Below are positions 32,148-42,568 of a stretch of DNA of 49,430 nucleotides, piece by piece. Source of the stretch: an uncultured Lachnospiraceae bacterium. GTDB taxonomy: Bacteria; Bacillota; Clostridia; Lachnospirales; Lachnospiraceae. The notes below the pieces were generated by a model. That model was given only the letters and a program-made list of their open reading frames with translations. It was not told where the DNA came from and ran no database searches. The stretch's first letter is position 1; each line of letters starts with the position of its first letter. The DNA is taken from the NCBI GenBank assembly GCA_947624055.1, contig CANQIW010000001.1:1-49430 (forward strand), in the 5' to 3' direction. The translations under genes were made by a program, and so were the position numbers.

Positions 32148-33125
32148 TTATAAATTATTACGCAACAGCATAGTTTCGACTGCGTTGGTTATCGCCGTCT
32201 CCGTAAGGCCACATTGCTCCAACAAATATTGATAACTTCCCGCATGCGGAAAACAATCTTTAATGCCTAAGGTCAACTGTGGCGGCTTGTTTGGGATGCC
32301 CGCCATATATTCCGCAACAGCGCTACCCAGGCCGCCGATCACGGAAGCCTCCTCAATTGTCACAATCAGTTTTTTATCCAGTTGCTCATCAATGCAAGCC
32401 GTATCAAGTGGCTTTATCGTATGCATATCTGTCACAGATGCATCAATCCCTTTGGCAGACAGCGCCTCTGCTACCAGTTTTGCATAATATACCATCGTAC
32501 CTGCAGCAATGATAGCAACATCCTTGCCATCGCGTAATGTGATCGCTTTACCAATCTGGAAATCGATATCCCCTTCGTAAACGACCGGCAGACCCGGCCC
32601 GCCTGTAAGCCGCAGATAAGCCGGTTTATCATAATCGCAAAGGGCTTCTACTGTTTTTACTATTTCGACGCCATCCGCAGGTTCGATTACCGTCATGCCC
32701 GGTATCGCCCTCATAATAGAAGCATCCTCAATGCCATAATGTGAATTACCCAGCTGAGCCATGATCAGGCCACTTCCTAATCCAACTGTCTTAATATTAA
32801 GCTGCATATATCCCATATTCATGCGAACCTGTTCACAGGCCCGCATCGTAATAAATGGTGAAAAAGAACTGATAAACACATTTGTGCCATCCTTGGCAAG
32901 CCCAGCGGCAACCCCCACCAGATTCTGCTCGGCGATTCCAGCATTGATAAAACGATCCGGCAGTTCCTCCCTGAGCCTTGTCAGCCCAGATGACTGACAA
33001 AGATCAGCAGACATCACATAGAAGTCCTTTCTCTGTCTGGCTATCTCCAAGACAGCCTGTCCGTAAGTCGCCCTTGCGCCAAGGCGTGACCACAATTTTG
33101 ATTTAGCTTTTGTAATTTGAATCAT
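32148..33125 (-). CDS. Transketolase-like protein, C-terminal subunit
   Basis: SADL, GIAEQN, RACEQVR, SHYGIED and TIKPLD motifs. Confidence 0.9.
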   Translation of the reverse strand: MIQITKAKSKLWSRLGARATYGQAVLEIARQRKDFYVMSADLCQSSGLTRLREELPDRFINAGIAEQNLVGVAAGLAKDGTNVFISSFSPFITMRACEQVRMNMGYMQLNIKTVGLGSGLIMAQLGNSHYGIEDASIMRAIPGMTVIEPADGVEIVKTVEALCDYDKPAYLRLTGGPGLPVVYEGDIDFQIGKAITLRDGKDVAIIAAGTMVYYAKLVAEALSAKGIDASVTDMHTIKPLDTACIDEQLDKKLIVTIEEASVIGGLGSAVAEYMAGIPNKPPQLTLGIKDCFPHAGSYQYLLEQCGLTETAITNAVETMLLRNNL

Positions 33126-33970
33126 AGTCCACCTCGTAATTCAGCCAATGCGTCCTCATACTGGTTTTTAGTCAGGCGATTATGATGCCAGTCATTATTA
33201 TTCTCCATAAAACTCACACCTTTTCCTTTAACGGTGTTTCCCACTATCACCTTGGGGAATCCAGAAACATGAGGTTCACAGAAAGCGTCATAAATCTCCG
33301 GTATGTTGTGCCCGTCGATTTCAATCGTCTGAAATCCCAAAGCTCTGAACATACCGGTATACTTATCTGATACGGATAAAATATCCATGCTCTTTCCATC
33401 GCTCTGCATGTGATTATTGTCCACAAACAAAGTAAAATTGTCCAGCTCATAGCTGACTGCAGACATACTGGCCTCCCATACAGAACCCTCGTTGCATTCA
33501 CCATTTCCGCATACAACATAGGTCTGATAAGAATATCCTTTTTTCTTCGCAGCTAATGCCAGTCCCACCGCCATGGAAATGCCTTGTCCCAGACTGCCGG
33601 ATGAAGACTCCAAGCCAATTTCCGGCTTCATAACCGGGTGCGCTATCAAGTCCGATCCATCGCACAGAAAAGTGTCAAGCATCGATTCATCAATGATGCC
33701 AAACTCTGCCAGCGCAGGATATAGCCCAAGTACACCATGCCCTTTGCTCAATATAAACTTATCCCGTGCGTCATACGAAATGGATTTGTTCGTCGTATTC
33801 ATCACAGCCCCATAGAGAACAGCCATTACCTCCATTAGAGACAATCCGCCTCCCAAATGAGCACTTCCGCCACAGTTATATGCCATTTTTAAAGCCAGCT
33901 CCCTCATATGGTTTGCATGATCTTTTAAATCTCTTAATTCAACATATCCAGAATCCCTCATTGCTTTCAT
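33122..33970 (-). CDS. Transketolase-like protein, N-terminal TPP-binding subunit
   Basis: HLGGGLS, DKFILSKGH, GSLGQG, GNGECNEG and TVKGKG motifs. Confidence 0.9.
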   Translation of the reverse strand: MKAMRDSGYVELRDLKDHANHMRELALKMAYNCGGSAHLGGGLSLMEVMAVLYGAVMNTTNKSISYDARDKFILSKGHGVLGLYPALAEFGIIDESMLDTFLCDGSDLIAHPVMKPEIGLESSSGSLGQGISMAVGLALAAKKKGYSYQTYVVCGNGECNEGSVWEASMSAVSYELDNFTLFVDNNHMQSDGKSMDILSVSDKYTGMFRALGFQTIEIDGHNIPEIYDAFCEPHVSGFPKVIVGNTVKGKGVSFMENNNDWHHNRLTKNQYEDALAELRGGL

Positions 33971-33982
33971 TTCTCCGTGAAA

Positions 33983-34222
33983 TCAGTCTATGATAACATC
34001 ATACTTTTTTAAAAGCTCGATTCCTTTTTCATAACTGTTAAATTCTACAATATCATCCGTCTCAAACTGGATATCAAACGCATCCTCCAACTCGCTGACA
34101 AGACCCATATGTCCTACAGAATCCCAACTTGGAATATCCTGATATTTGAGATTCTCAAGCTGATTTTCCTGCACATCAAAGCTCTCGATAAATGCATTAT
34201 TATACTTCTCTCTGTTTGTCAT
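33983..34222 (-). CDS. Acyl carrier protein 1
   Basis: Small acidic protein with WDSVGHMGL phosphopantetheine site. Confidence 0.9.
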   Translation of the reverse strand: MTNREKYNNAFIESFDVQENQLENLKYQDIPSWDSVGHMGLVSELEDAFDIQFETDDIVEFNSYEKGIELLKKYDVIID

Positions 34223-34276
34223 GGTAATCTCCTCCTGAAAAATTGTATTTATTTATTTATTTGTTTGTTTGTTTTA

Positions 34277-35800
34277 TTAATACCAATCTTGTACCACACT
34301 GAATAAGCTCTCTCCTTCATAAGGAATACTTTTGGGATTGTTGTAAAAGATATCTTTAATCCCAAGCTGTCTTAAAACGCAAGTCAATTCATTTCCATAA
34401 TGGCCAAAAACAATAATCGTATGATTCGGAAAATGATGTCCTATCACAACGTTCCTTAAGAAACGCTCCATTTCCGGGATTGCAATAATGCCACGTCCGC
34501 CATATGTCTCCATAGATACCGGCAGAATCTGCCCCTGCGCAATGTAAGCTTTCAAGCGCCCATCAAATGAACCCTGTATCCTGAACATTGTGACAGGTCC
34601 CGGGACTATCTCGCCTTGGAGCGTCCCTTTTGACTGTTCTGCACCAATCAACTGTTCATTTACAAAATGACACTTCAATCCACAGGACACTAATCTGTTA
34701 GCCGGCGTGACACCGCAGTGATAGCCAAGAAACAGATCTCCCTCAGAATATTGCTTTCCATTGAACGTCTTTCCCTTAATCTGCTTTTCATAAATCTCCT
34801 GCGGGATATTGTTATTGATGTTCAATATGGCAACCGTTGAATCGCTGACACACTGTCCAAAATACTCAGTAAGCGCCCCATACACATCTGCTTCGCAGGC
34901 GACAGGAACACCTTTTGCTGTAATCCTGCTGTTGACATAGCATGGGACAAACCCAAAGTTCACAGGAAAAGCCGGCCAACAGGTACTCGTCAATACCGTA
35001 TATTTCCTGTCACCTTTATGAGTTCGAATCCAGTCATTGATTGTAATCTCGTACTGAGCCAGCTTCGGCAGAATACCAAAGCAACAATCCGCGTCTTCCC
35101 CTAACTCCTCTTTCATCTCTTCTGCAACCATGCCAATCCGTTCATCCGCTTCGTGCTTTTGGTATGAATTCAGCAGCTCCAATTCCGAATAGCTGGAAAG
35201 CTCGACCCCCATATCATATAATGGGTGGAGCGGAACCATAGATGCCAGATAGCTCGATGGTCTCGGTTCAAAAGAGATGATCTTTAGATTCCTTAGCGCG
35301 ATCAATGTTCTTGCGATAGATATAAAACTATGCAGCATGCCAACACATTCTTCTATTGTACCTACTGGTTTATCCGGAATATGCACATTTGTCTTTCTCA
35401 ATTCCAATGCATAGCAAGCATTAATAAACCCGCTTTCTGCGTCACAGCGATTCCTAGTATATGGTCCATCGCCTTCCTCCGCTGCCGCAATGATCATAAC
35501 AGGGCCGTCAAACTCCTTTGCAAAAAGAGTTCCTGCAGATTCCGGCCCGTAATTAGCGTAATAGATACATAAAGCATTACAGCCGGATCTGCTGATGTCT
35601 TTCATTGCCCTTTTTATACTCACTTCATTGTCCGTGATACATATGGGACATTCATAAACATTTTCGTCCCCAAAAGTATCAGCATATAAAGTAAAAAGTT
35701 TTTTTCTCTTTTCGATGGCAATATCTGGCGGTAACCAATCTGTACTGCCAACGATCAATCCCATTTTAATCTCCGGAATGTTTTTCATAGAGATCCCCAT
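34277..35800 (-). CDS. L-fucose/L-arabinose isomerase-like protein (divergent)
   Basis: NYGPE, CWPAF, PCYVNSR, PVACEADVYGAL, HCG and HFPNH motifs resemble the clostridial fucose-isomerase family; likely start MKNIPE (35788). Confidence 0.72.
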   Translation of the reverse strand: MGISMKNIPEIKMGLIVGSTDWLPPDIAIEKRKKLFTLYADTFGDENVYECPICITDNEVSIKRAMKDISRSGCNALCIYYANYGPESAGTLFAKEFDGPVMIIAAAEEGDGPYTRNRCDAESGFINACYALELRKTNVHIPDKPVGTIEECVGMLHSFISIARTLIALRNLKIISFEPRPSSYLASMVPLHPLYDMGVELSSYSELELLNSYQKHEADERIGMVAEEMKEELGEDADCCFGILPKLAQYEITINDWIRTHKGDRKYTVLTSTCWPAFPVNFGFVPCYVNSRITAKGVPVACEADVYGALTEYFGQCVSDSTVAILNINNNIPQEIYEKQIKGKTFNGKQYSEGDLFLGYHCGVTPANRLVSCGLKCHFVNEQLIGAEQSKGTLQGEIVPGPVTMFRIQGSFDGRLKAYIAQGQILPVSMETYGGRGIIAIPEMERFLRNVVIGHHFPNHTIIVFGHYGNELTCVLRQLGIKDIFYNNPKSIPYEGESLFSVVQDWY

Positions 35801-35884
35801 TCTTCCGTCTTTCAGTCAGCAATGCAAATAGTAATGAAAAAGCTATTTTCAAACTAATTTACCTTTGCATTAATCAATTCAGAC

Positions 35885-36367
35885 CTATTTAGTTTTAGGG
35901 ACAAAATCCCTCATAACATCGGGAAGTGCAATCTTAAAATCAGCAGACAGTGCAGGCTCCCCATTGACTTTAGCTTCCGCATGACCTTGGGCAACTCCCC
36001 TTCGGAAGCTTTTTAGAAAACCTTCAATTATCATTGTATCGCCAGGAACAATCTTTTTACGCATTCGAAGATTATCAACATCTAAAAACGCCGTTTTCTT
36101 TCCTTTATGTTCCGGAATCGACAGAAAAGTCATAATAAATGATTGTGCAAGAATTTCCAACTGGACAAAGCCCGGAACATTTGGTTCATCTGCAAAATGT
36201 GCTGGAAAATACCACTCATTGTATGTAAAATTTTTTCTTGCCCTCACATATTCGCCCGGAATTACTTCTTCCACTACATCAAGAAAGAAAAGCGGATAGC
36301 GATTCTGCTGATACTGTTGAATTTCATAAGCGTCGATATTATAAATTGGCTCGTATTTATCTGTCAT
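35885..36367 (-). CDS. fabZ: 3-hydroxyacyl-ACP dehydratase (FabZ-like)
   Basis: NRYPLFFLD, FPAHF...PGFVQLE and VPGD motifs. Confidence 0.85.
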   Translation of the reverse strand: MTDKYEPIYNIDAYEIQQYQQNRYPLFFLDVVEEVIPGEYVRARKNFTYNEWYFPAHFADEPNVPGFVQLEILAQSFIMTFLSIPEHKGKKTAFLDVDNLRMRKKIVPGDTMIIEGFLKSFRRGVAQGHAEAKVNGEPALSADFKIALPDVMRDFVPKTK

Positions 36368-36459
36368 CTTTTACTCCTCCTAAAAATCAGATCTTGTTCT
36401 TTAACCTATAGCTATTCTTAAAATCAATCAGTTTTCTATATATTTAAGTTAAACATTAT

Positions 36460-37555
36460 CTACTTTGGAACCACCGCATACAGAACTAGTTCCTCTGCGT
36501 ATTTCGAATGTGCCCGTATATACAATTTATAACCAGGGTAAACTGACTTGATATATTGTGGTATCGTCAAAAGATCTTCCCTCTTATGATACACGCAGAT
36601 TGCTAAAATTGGCCTGTATGTCCGAATAGTTTCCTCTGCTCCTTTCAATGCTTTTAGCTCGCTGCCCTCGATATCCATCTTGATGAAGTCCGCTCTGCCC
36701 CCCCCCCAAAATATGATCAATAGAATCCACGTAGATCGTAACATTACCTTCTTCACTTACTGAACTTCCAGTTCCTTGAACCGAAAAAGTCAATTTATCC
36801 TCTTTGTCCCATACGCCTAAGCGAAATATCTTGCATCTTTTGTCTGAACCACAGTTTAAGAGACAATTCTCATAACTGTCTGGTTCAAATAGATAAGCCT
36901 TTCCATCGTATTCTTTCCCTGTGCATCGCCTGTAATTCTCTCTAAAAGCTTGATAAGTATCTCCATCATAGGCTCCACAATCTACAAATGATTCAACCCT
37001 GCTGAAATCTATGATATCATTATCGTAATACTGATTTTCTTCCCATACGTTGTCCAGATATTTATAGTCACAACTCATTTTTTGATTAAGATAAGCTTCC
37101 ATATGGTTTCTTGACTTGTCATCTGCTAATCTCTCATATAGTTTTTCAAATTCGGTCTCATTTTCTTTCCAAAACACATAATCAAATGTTTCTTGACGAC
37201 GCCAAGAAAATGATAAATCCATTACTATGACTGTCGTTTTTTCTTTCAGATTTTCTATTTTAGTTTCGTCAAGTTCCTCTATTGCTGGAATTACCATAAT
37301 GTTTTTGTCTATTTTTATATCATCCATACAAAATATCGGAATATCTTTATATGTTTCACCAGTTTTCCAAAACTGATAATCAACCAAAAATCCTGCGATT
37401 AAAATATGTTGGGATAATAACTCGTCAGCCAATTTTTTTCCCATTTTACCTGCCCCATAAATATATATTTTCGCTGACGTCTCCCTGCAGGCTTTTAGTA
37501 TTAAATTTTCTTTTTCTTTTATCTGCAGCACTTCACACCCTCCTCTTTTTATCAA
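36460..37555 (-). pseudogene. FkbM-family methyltransferase, frameshifted at a G10 tract (phase-OFF or sequencing error)
   Basis: ORF 36584-37555 carries YGAG and FVDCGAYDGD; ORF 36460-36756 carries [10 protein letters not shown] and LAICVYH. The frames switch at the C10 run at 36698-36707, and G9 restores the frame. Confidence 0.88.
36698..36707 (-). repeat. G10 homopolymer tract (out of frame)
   Basis: ctg cccccccccc aaaa on the plus strand. Confidence 0.95.
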
Positions 37556-37608
37556 TCATCTCTTCCGCGAATAATTTCAAAAAATGTCTGTTGCTATATC
37601 TGCATTGT

Positions 37609-38691
37609 TCAACAGACCTCCTGCTTCCCGGATACTATGCGTGTCTTTATAAAATTTGTATCGGCAAGGCATGTCGCGCATGCCGCGGCAATAAGTCCTG
37701 ATCCGAAACCACACGCAACAGCTTTCTTCAGTTCCGGGCGGACACCCTCAAAAGTATTGCAAAGCGTAAGCGGTATAGACACAAGTCCACAGTTCCCGGT
37801 ATGCTTCAGACTGATCGGCACTTTGGTCATGTCTGCCTTTACCCCTTTGGCAATCCTCTTTACCATCATCTCATTTGCCTGATGTATGGCGAACAGATCC
37901 ACGTCATCCGGAGTCCAGCACATATCCGACATTACATTATTGATCAGATCCTTTCCATGTCTAACGGCAAAGTTCATTACTTCAAGACCATTCATGGTGA
38001 GATTTTCCAATGTATGTCCATTTCCCTCGTCATCATATTCAAGAACATCCGTAATACCTTTTTGAATGGGCATGCGGCTTCCTCCTGCCGGTATATAAAT
38101 ATGCTTATATCCCCCGCCATCTACATAAAAAGAAAAGCTTGTCGGATTATCCGTTTTGCTTTTTGTCAAAAGAATAGCGCCAGCCGCATCTCCAGTCACC
38201 ATGAGAAGAGCCCGATCTTTCAAATTTACATATCTTGATGGTGTATTCCCAACTAAAAGCAAAACATTATCGCAAGCTCCACATTCTATCAGCATGAAGG
38301 ACTGAAACAACCCATATACAAACCCAGCACAACTACACCGGAGATCCAAGTTAATTGTATCGTTTGATATTCCAAGCCTGTGCTGTATGATCGGTGCTGT
38401 AGCCGGGATAATATAGTCAGGCGTCTCCGTCACATATACCAACGATTCAACTTCCCCCGGCTTTATCCCTGTCTCGTCAAAAAGGATTCTCGCGGCCTCG
38501 CAGCAGTAATCAGCGCTCGTCATTCCCTCCTCGGCAATTGACACCTCTTCAATCCCGGTAAGTTTTTCTATCCTCTTCAATGCGCTCTCACCAAACTCAT
38601 CCGCAAAGTCCAGAAGGGACAATCGCTTTGCCGGAGTAACAGCTGCTACTGTCTGCAGTTTTGCTTTATGGAATCTTGCATGATTTTTCAA
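37609..38691 (-). CDS. FabH/KAS III-like enzyme 1
   Basis: C-H-N triad: SCAGF, IHQAN, TGNCG; GFGSG motif; TTG start after AAAGGAG. Confidence 0.9.
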   Translation of the reverse strand: MKNHARFHKAKLQTVAAVTPAKRLSLLDFADEFGESALKRIEKLTGIEEVSIAEEGMTSADYCCEAARILFDETGIKPGEVESLVYVTETPDYIIPATAPIIQHRLGISNDTINLDLRCSCAGFVYGLFQSFMLIECGACDNVLLLVGNTPSRYVNLKDRALLMVTGDAAGAILLTKSKTDNPTSFSFYVDGGGYKHIYIPAGGSRMPIQKGITDVLEYDDEGNGHTLENLTMNGLEVMNFAVRHGKDLINNVMSDMCWTPDDVDLFAIHQANEMMVKRIAKGVKADMTKVPISLKHTGNCGLVSIPLTLCNTFEGVRPELKKAVACGFGSGLIAAACATCLADTNFIKTRIVSGKQEVC

Positions 38692-38719
38692 AATAACTTC
38701 TCCTTTTACAGTTCGTATC

Positions 38720-38941
38720 TTATTTCTCCATCTTGGCCAAAATATCTCCAACTGTCACAAAACCCTTGATCGTCGCACCATCCAGGCTGACGCCAAATTC
38801 ATCTTCCATCATTACGATCAATGACAGGCGCGTCATAGAATCATATTCCTCAATGTCTTCCAACCTTGTTTCTGCGCTGATGTCTCCTTCCTCCAGTTCA
38901 AACAGATCCTCCAACAATGCCAGTTTCTCTCTTTCTGTCAT
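38720..38941 (-). CDS. Acyl carrier protein 2
   Basis: Small acidic protein with YDSMTRLSL site. Confidence 0.9.
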   Translation of the reverse strand: MTEREKLALLEDLFELEEGDISAETRLEDIEEYDSMTRLSLIVMMEDEFGVSLDGATIKGFVTVGDILAKMEK

Positions 38942-38969
38942 GAATGTTTCCTCCCTTTCATTTTATAAA

Positions 38970-40041
38970 TTAACAATTCTCTTCTAAACCATCCTCAAAA
39001 TATTCATCCGTATAGACAAGCGGAAAAATGTTTGCAGGTTCCAGAGAAAACTCCACAGCCGCCCATGATAAACCTACACCGTATCCGCAGGTCAGAAATC
39101 TTTTCGGTGTATCAGAGCTGTCTGTCCCATAATCATTCACGATGGATAGCGGTATTGATACGCTGCTCGTGTTCGCGAACTTGTCAATCGATACCGACAT
39201 TTTCTCTGGTGGAAATCCGGAGCGCTTCGCGATCTGTTTCATGATATACAGATTCGACTGATGGAGCACCAGGCTATCGTAGTCTTCCGGCGTAGTCCCT
39301 TCCAACTCCATATATGCTTTTAGCATCTCTGGTACACGATTAACCGCAAAATTGAACACTTCTACACCATCCATTGCGTTCCCGAACTTCCATTTCGGAT
39401 GCCTCCAAAAGAAGCCCGGTGAAGAAATAGCTTTCAGGCCAGCCCCATCTGTCGCTGACAAGATCATGATCTGATTCTCTGCGTCGTCCGTTTTCTCAAA
39501 CAGCGTAACACCCCCCCCCATCTCCAAAAAGATAATATCCGCTGTCACTGATGGAATCTCTCTCCATATTTTGTCCCGTGAGATCTCCGCACAAAAGCAA
39601 CGCCTTTTTTGCCGTGCTACTACATAACAGCCCTGCGGTCGTATTTAACCCGCAGACAAATCCGGAGCATCCCATATTCAGATCGAATGCCACACAGTTT
39701 TCTGATATACCCAGGCGATGCTGCATCACACAAGCTGTTGCCGGGCTGCGGTAATCTGGCGATTGCGTGACATAGACAAGCACCCCTATCTCTGTTCTGT
39801 CAATTTCTTTTTCGGTAAGTAGCTGCTCTGCCGCCGCTACGCACAGATCAGAAGGCGTCTGCTTTTCCCTGCACAGATAGCGACCCTTCACTCCTGTGGA
39901 TTTCATGAACTTAGCCAGGTTGAAATCCTTGGGCGCCCTTGGATCCGCCACACAATCCTCCAGCAGCTGCTCACAATTGGAGACCGCCGCAGCTATCCCG
40001 GATATCTTGATATTTTTGTAAGTGTTCTTGACCATTTCCAT
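38970..40041 (-). pseudogene. FabH/KAS III-like enzyme 2, frameshifted at a G9 tract
   Basis: ORF 39496-40041 carries TQSPDY, MGCSGF and FGD; ORF 38970-39548 carries LHQSN, FANTS and GYGVGLSW. The frames switch at the C9 run at 39511-39519, and G8 restores FGDGGGVTLFE. Confidence 0.9.
39511..39519 (-). repeat. G9 homopolymer tract (out of frame)
   Basis: aaca ccccccccc atct on the plus strand. Confidence 0.95.
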
Positions 40042-40053
40042 CTCCTGTTATCA

Positions 40054-40818
40054 TCAGTGACAGGTAAAACCCCCATCCACCGCAATATTCACTCCTGTCA
40101 TCAGCCTCGCCGCAGGACTTAGCAGATAGGCCACTATACCTGCTACATCCTCCGGCTGCCCGATTCCTAAAAACTGCCTGCTCTGGGTAATAGAATCCAT
40201 CAGGTCAATACCTGTACCACTCTGAAAGGATTGATGCATCTCTGTATCAATGCATCCTGGCCTCACTGTATTAAGGCATATCCCTTTCTTATACAATTCT
40301 ACTGCAAGCGATTTTGTCGCAGCATCCATCGCCGCCTTTGCCGCCCCATATGCAGATTGTCCTTTGCCAGGATATGACGCAGCCACTGAAGAGACTCCTA
40401 CTATCCTGCATGGGTTTCTGTAATTTCCCTTTTGAATCATGCAACGGACCATCTCGTAATAAGCCAGGAAATCCACCCGCATAATATGCTGCATATATGC
40501 TGTTTTGTTCACTTTTAGCGGTTGCGTCCCCGGGATTCCTGCGCAATATGCCATACCATCCAATGGTCCGACTTCGCTTACAACCCTTTTTACCAGTTCC
40601 CCAATCTGCTCAACATTCTCTAGGTCAAACACATAATATCGATGTGTTTGCCCCCCCCCCATGCTTTTTGTCACTTCTTGAAGCCTTTCTTCACGTCTCG
40701 CAATTAGGATACATTGGGCTCCCAAATCGCCCAACATTTCCGCAACCGCTTTTCCGATGCCGGAAGAAGCTCCCGTCACAATTATTTTCTTTCCTGTCAG
40801 ATCAATCAATTGCTTCAT
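40054..40818 (-). CDS. SDR oxidoreductase (FabG-like) containing an in-frame G10 tract
   Basis: TGASSGIG, YGAAK and VDGG motifs. Confidence 0.92.
   Translation of the reverse strand: MKQLIDLTGKKIIVTGASSGIGKAVAEMLGDLGAQCILIARREERLQEVTKSMGGGQTHRYYVFDLENVEQIGELVKRVVSEVGPLDGMAYCAGIPGTQPLKVNKTAYMQHIMRVDFLAYYEMVRCMIQKGNYRNPCRIVGVSSVAASYPGKGQSAYGAAKAAMDAATKSLAVELYKKGICLNTVRPGCIDTEMHQSFQSGTGIDLMDSITQSRQFLGIGQPEDVAGIVAYLLSPAARLMTGVNIAVDGGFTCH
40651..40660 (-). repeat. G10 homopolymer tract (in frame, encodes MGGG)
   Basis: tttg cccccccccc atgc on the plus strand. Confidence 0.95.
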
Positions 40819-41561
40819 TATAGATACACTCCTCCCTCAATATCAAACCCTCTTCCTGTTATCATGTCCGCAGCCGGACTCAGCAGATAAGCAATCATTG
40901 TTGCCACATCCTTCGCGGGAATGATCCCTAAAGGCTGCACCTCCAATGAATGAGCCCTACTATCCTCTGACAAATTCCTTGTCATAGGGGAATCTACCGT
41001 CCCCGGCCGTATACAGTTGATGTTGATATGGCGTGCCATAAATTCCTGCGCCAACACCCGTACAGAAGCATCAATTGCGCCTTTCGACGCCGCATAGGCG
41101 CTTTGCCCCCTGCTTGGGCGAACGCTGGCTGCTGAGGAGATTACAGTTATCTTTGCGCCCTCATCACTGTATTTCTTTTTGGAAAACTGGCATGCTGTCT
41201 CAAAAAAAGAAAAAAAGTTCGTAGTCATTACTCGCTGCAGCACTTCCGGTGTTGTCATCTTACATGGGCGAACCTCCGTAATTCCCGCACAGAATGCTAA
41301 ACCCTGCATTTTCCCGTGCCGATCAACTATTTTTTTCAAAAAATCCTCTATATGTTCCAGATCACATAAGTCAAACGAATAGCAGTCATGCCCGTCTCCA
41401 TTCAACACGCCCATTGTCTCTCTCAACCGGTCTTCCCGCCGCGCTGTCAATATTACTTTCGCTCCTGCCTCACTCAGCGTTATCGCAGTCTGTCTGCCGA
41501 TTCCAGAAGATGCCCCGGTAACCAATATAGTTTTTCCAGTTAAATCAATTAGGCTATTCAT
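40818..41561 (-). CDS. SDR oxidoreductase (FabG-like), paralogue of the neighbouring SDR
   Basis: TGASSGIG and YAASK motifs. Confidence 0.92.
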   Translation of the reverse strand: MNSLIDLTGKTILVTGASSGIGRQTAITLSEAGAKVILTARREDRLRETMGVLNGDGHDCYSFDLCDLEHIEDFLKKIVDRHGKMQGLAFCAGITEVRPCKMTTPEVLQRVMTTNFFSFFETACQFSKKKYSDEGAKITVISSAASVRPSRGQSAYAASKGAIDASVRVLAQEFMARHININCIRPGTVDSPMTRNLSEDSRAHSLEVQPLGIIPAKDVATMIAYLLSPAADMITGRGFDIEGGVYL

Positions 41562-42301
41562 ATCTCTATCCTTTTATCTATATCACCCGTAACAAACATA
41601 TTGTTTTCATATTTTAGATTTCTCATTTCCGTAATATTTCGATGTCCCGGATAGATTATGCACTCCTCCGGTATCTGCAGCAGCCTCGGCACCACTTTTT
41701 CCCAGTAGAGCCCTTCCTCACTCCATGGCCAACGAAGTGTCGGTTCTGCATCAGGTATAAGAGAATCTCCAGTAAATACGTGTCTTCGATCCAGCATAAT
41801 CAGGCTGCTTGCCGGCGAATGTCCCGGCAAATGTTCCATGTGAAGAAAATGTCCCTGCCAGGCCAGATCCATTGCCTCTTGGTACGTCTGCTCCGCAGTA
41901 ATCGGATGCTTCGAAGGATACTCTGCCTCGAGTTCCTTGATCTTCTCATGCTCTCCGCGGTCAGACAGGATCAGCGATACGACCAACGGCCTGCCGAAAT
42001 GTTTCTGCGTTCTTGGGTTCAACGCCTCCTGCTGACAGATTACTTTCGTATCATAATGCTTGCGGAACCAGGGGATCCCGCTGATATGGTCAAAATGCTC
42101 ATGTGTCAGCAGAATCGTAACCTTTTCCACCTGATTCTCTCTCAGGTATCTGTCTGCCTCAGCGGAAATGTGAGGATCTATTACCAGTGCCTCCTTATTT
42201 TCCGCCAGAATATACATATTGGAATCGATATACGGAAAAACGTATCTTTGAATCCTGTTTCCACAAGATTCTTCCATATCCCTTTCTGTCTCCATAATCA
42301 A
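41558..42301 (-). CDS. Metallo-beta-lactamase-fold hydrolase (glyoxalase II-like; possible thioesterase)
   Basis: THEHFDHI, PGHS, FTGD and YPGH motifs; exact start uncertain. Confidence 0.88.
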   Translation of the reverse strand: MIMETERDMEESCGNRIQRYVFPYIDSNMYILAENKEALVIDPHISAEADRYLRENQVEKVTILLTHEHFDHISGIPWFRKHYDTKVICQQEALNPRTQKHFGRPLVVSLILSDRGEHEKIKELEAEYPSKHPITAEQTYQEAMDLAWQGHFLHMEHLPGHSPASSLIMLDRRHVFTGDSLIPDAEPTLRWPWSEEGLYWEKVVPRLLQIPEECIIYPGHRNITEMRNLKYENNMFVTGDIDKRIEI

Positions 42302-42414
42302 TATTTTTCCACCCCACTACTTTTCGTTCTACCAAATCTTCCTGATACTCATTTCAATTATTTTTATGTCTTTTTATATATCACAAAGCATTATTACAAA
42401 GCCTCTTTTTGTCG

Positions 42415-42443
42415 TTGACATCCATCCTGAGCTGTGTTATGAT
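42415..42443 (+). promoter_or_regulatory. Sigma-A promoter for rpn
   Basis: TTGACA-17 nt-TATGAT with an extended TGn. Confidence 0.72.
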
Positions 42444-42568
42444 ATTTTTATCAAATAATCATTAGCAGTTTCGCCACTTTTCCTTACAAATGACAACCAC
42501 TTCTAAATAACCTTCCAAATGATAAAATTACCTCTCACCAACATATTTTCACTTGAAAGGAGTTTTTT

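Noticed and set aside
41558..42301. Beta-lactamase resistance gene
   Set aside because: The HxHxDH motif is generic to the MBL fold; there is no signal peptide and the context is biosynthetic.
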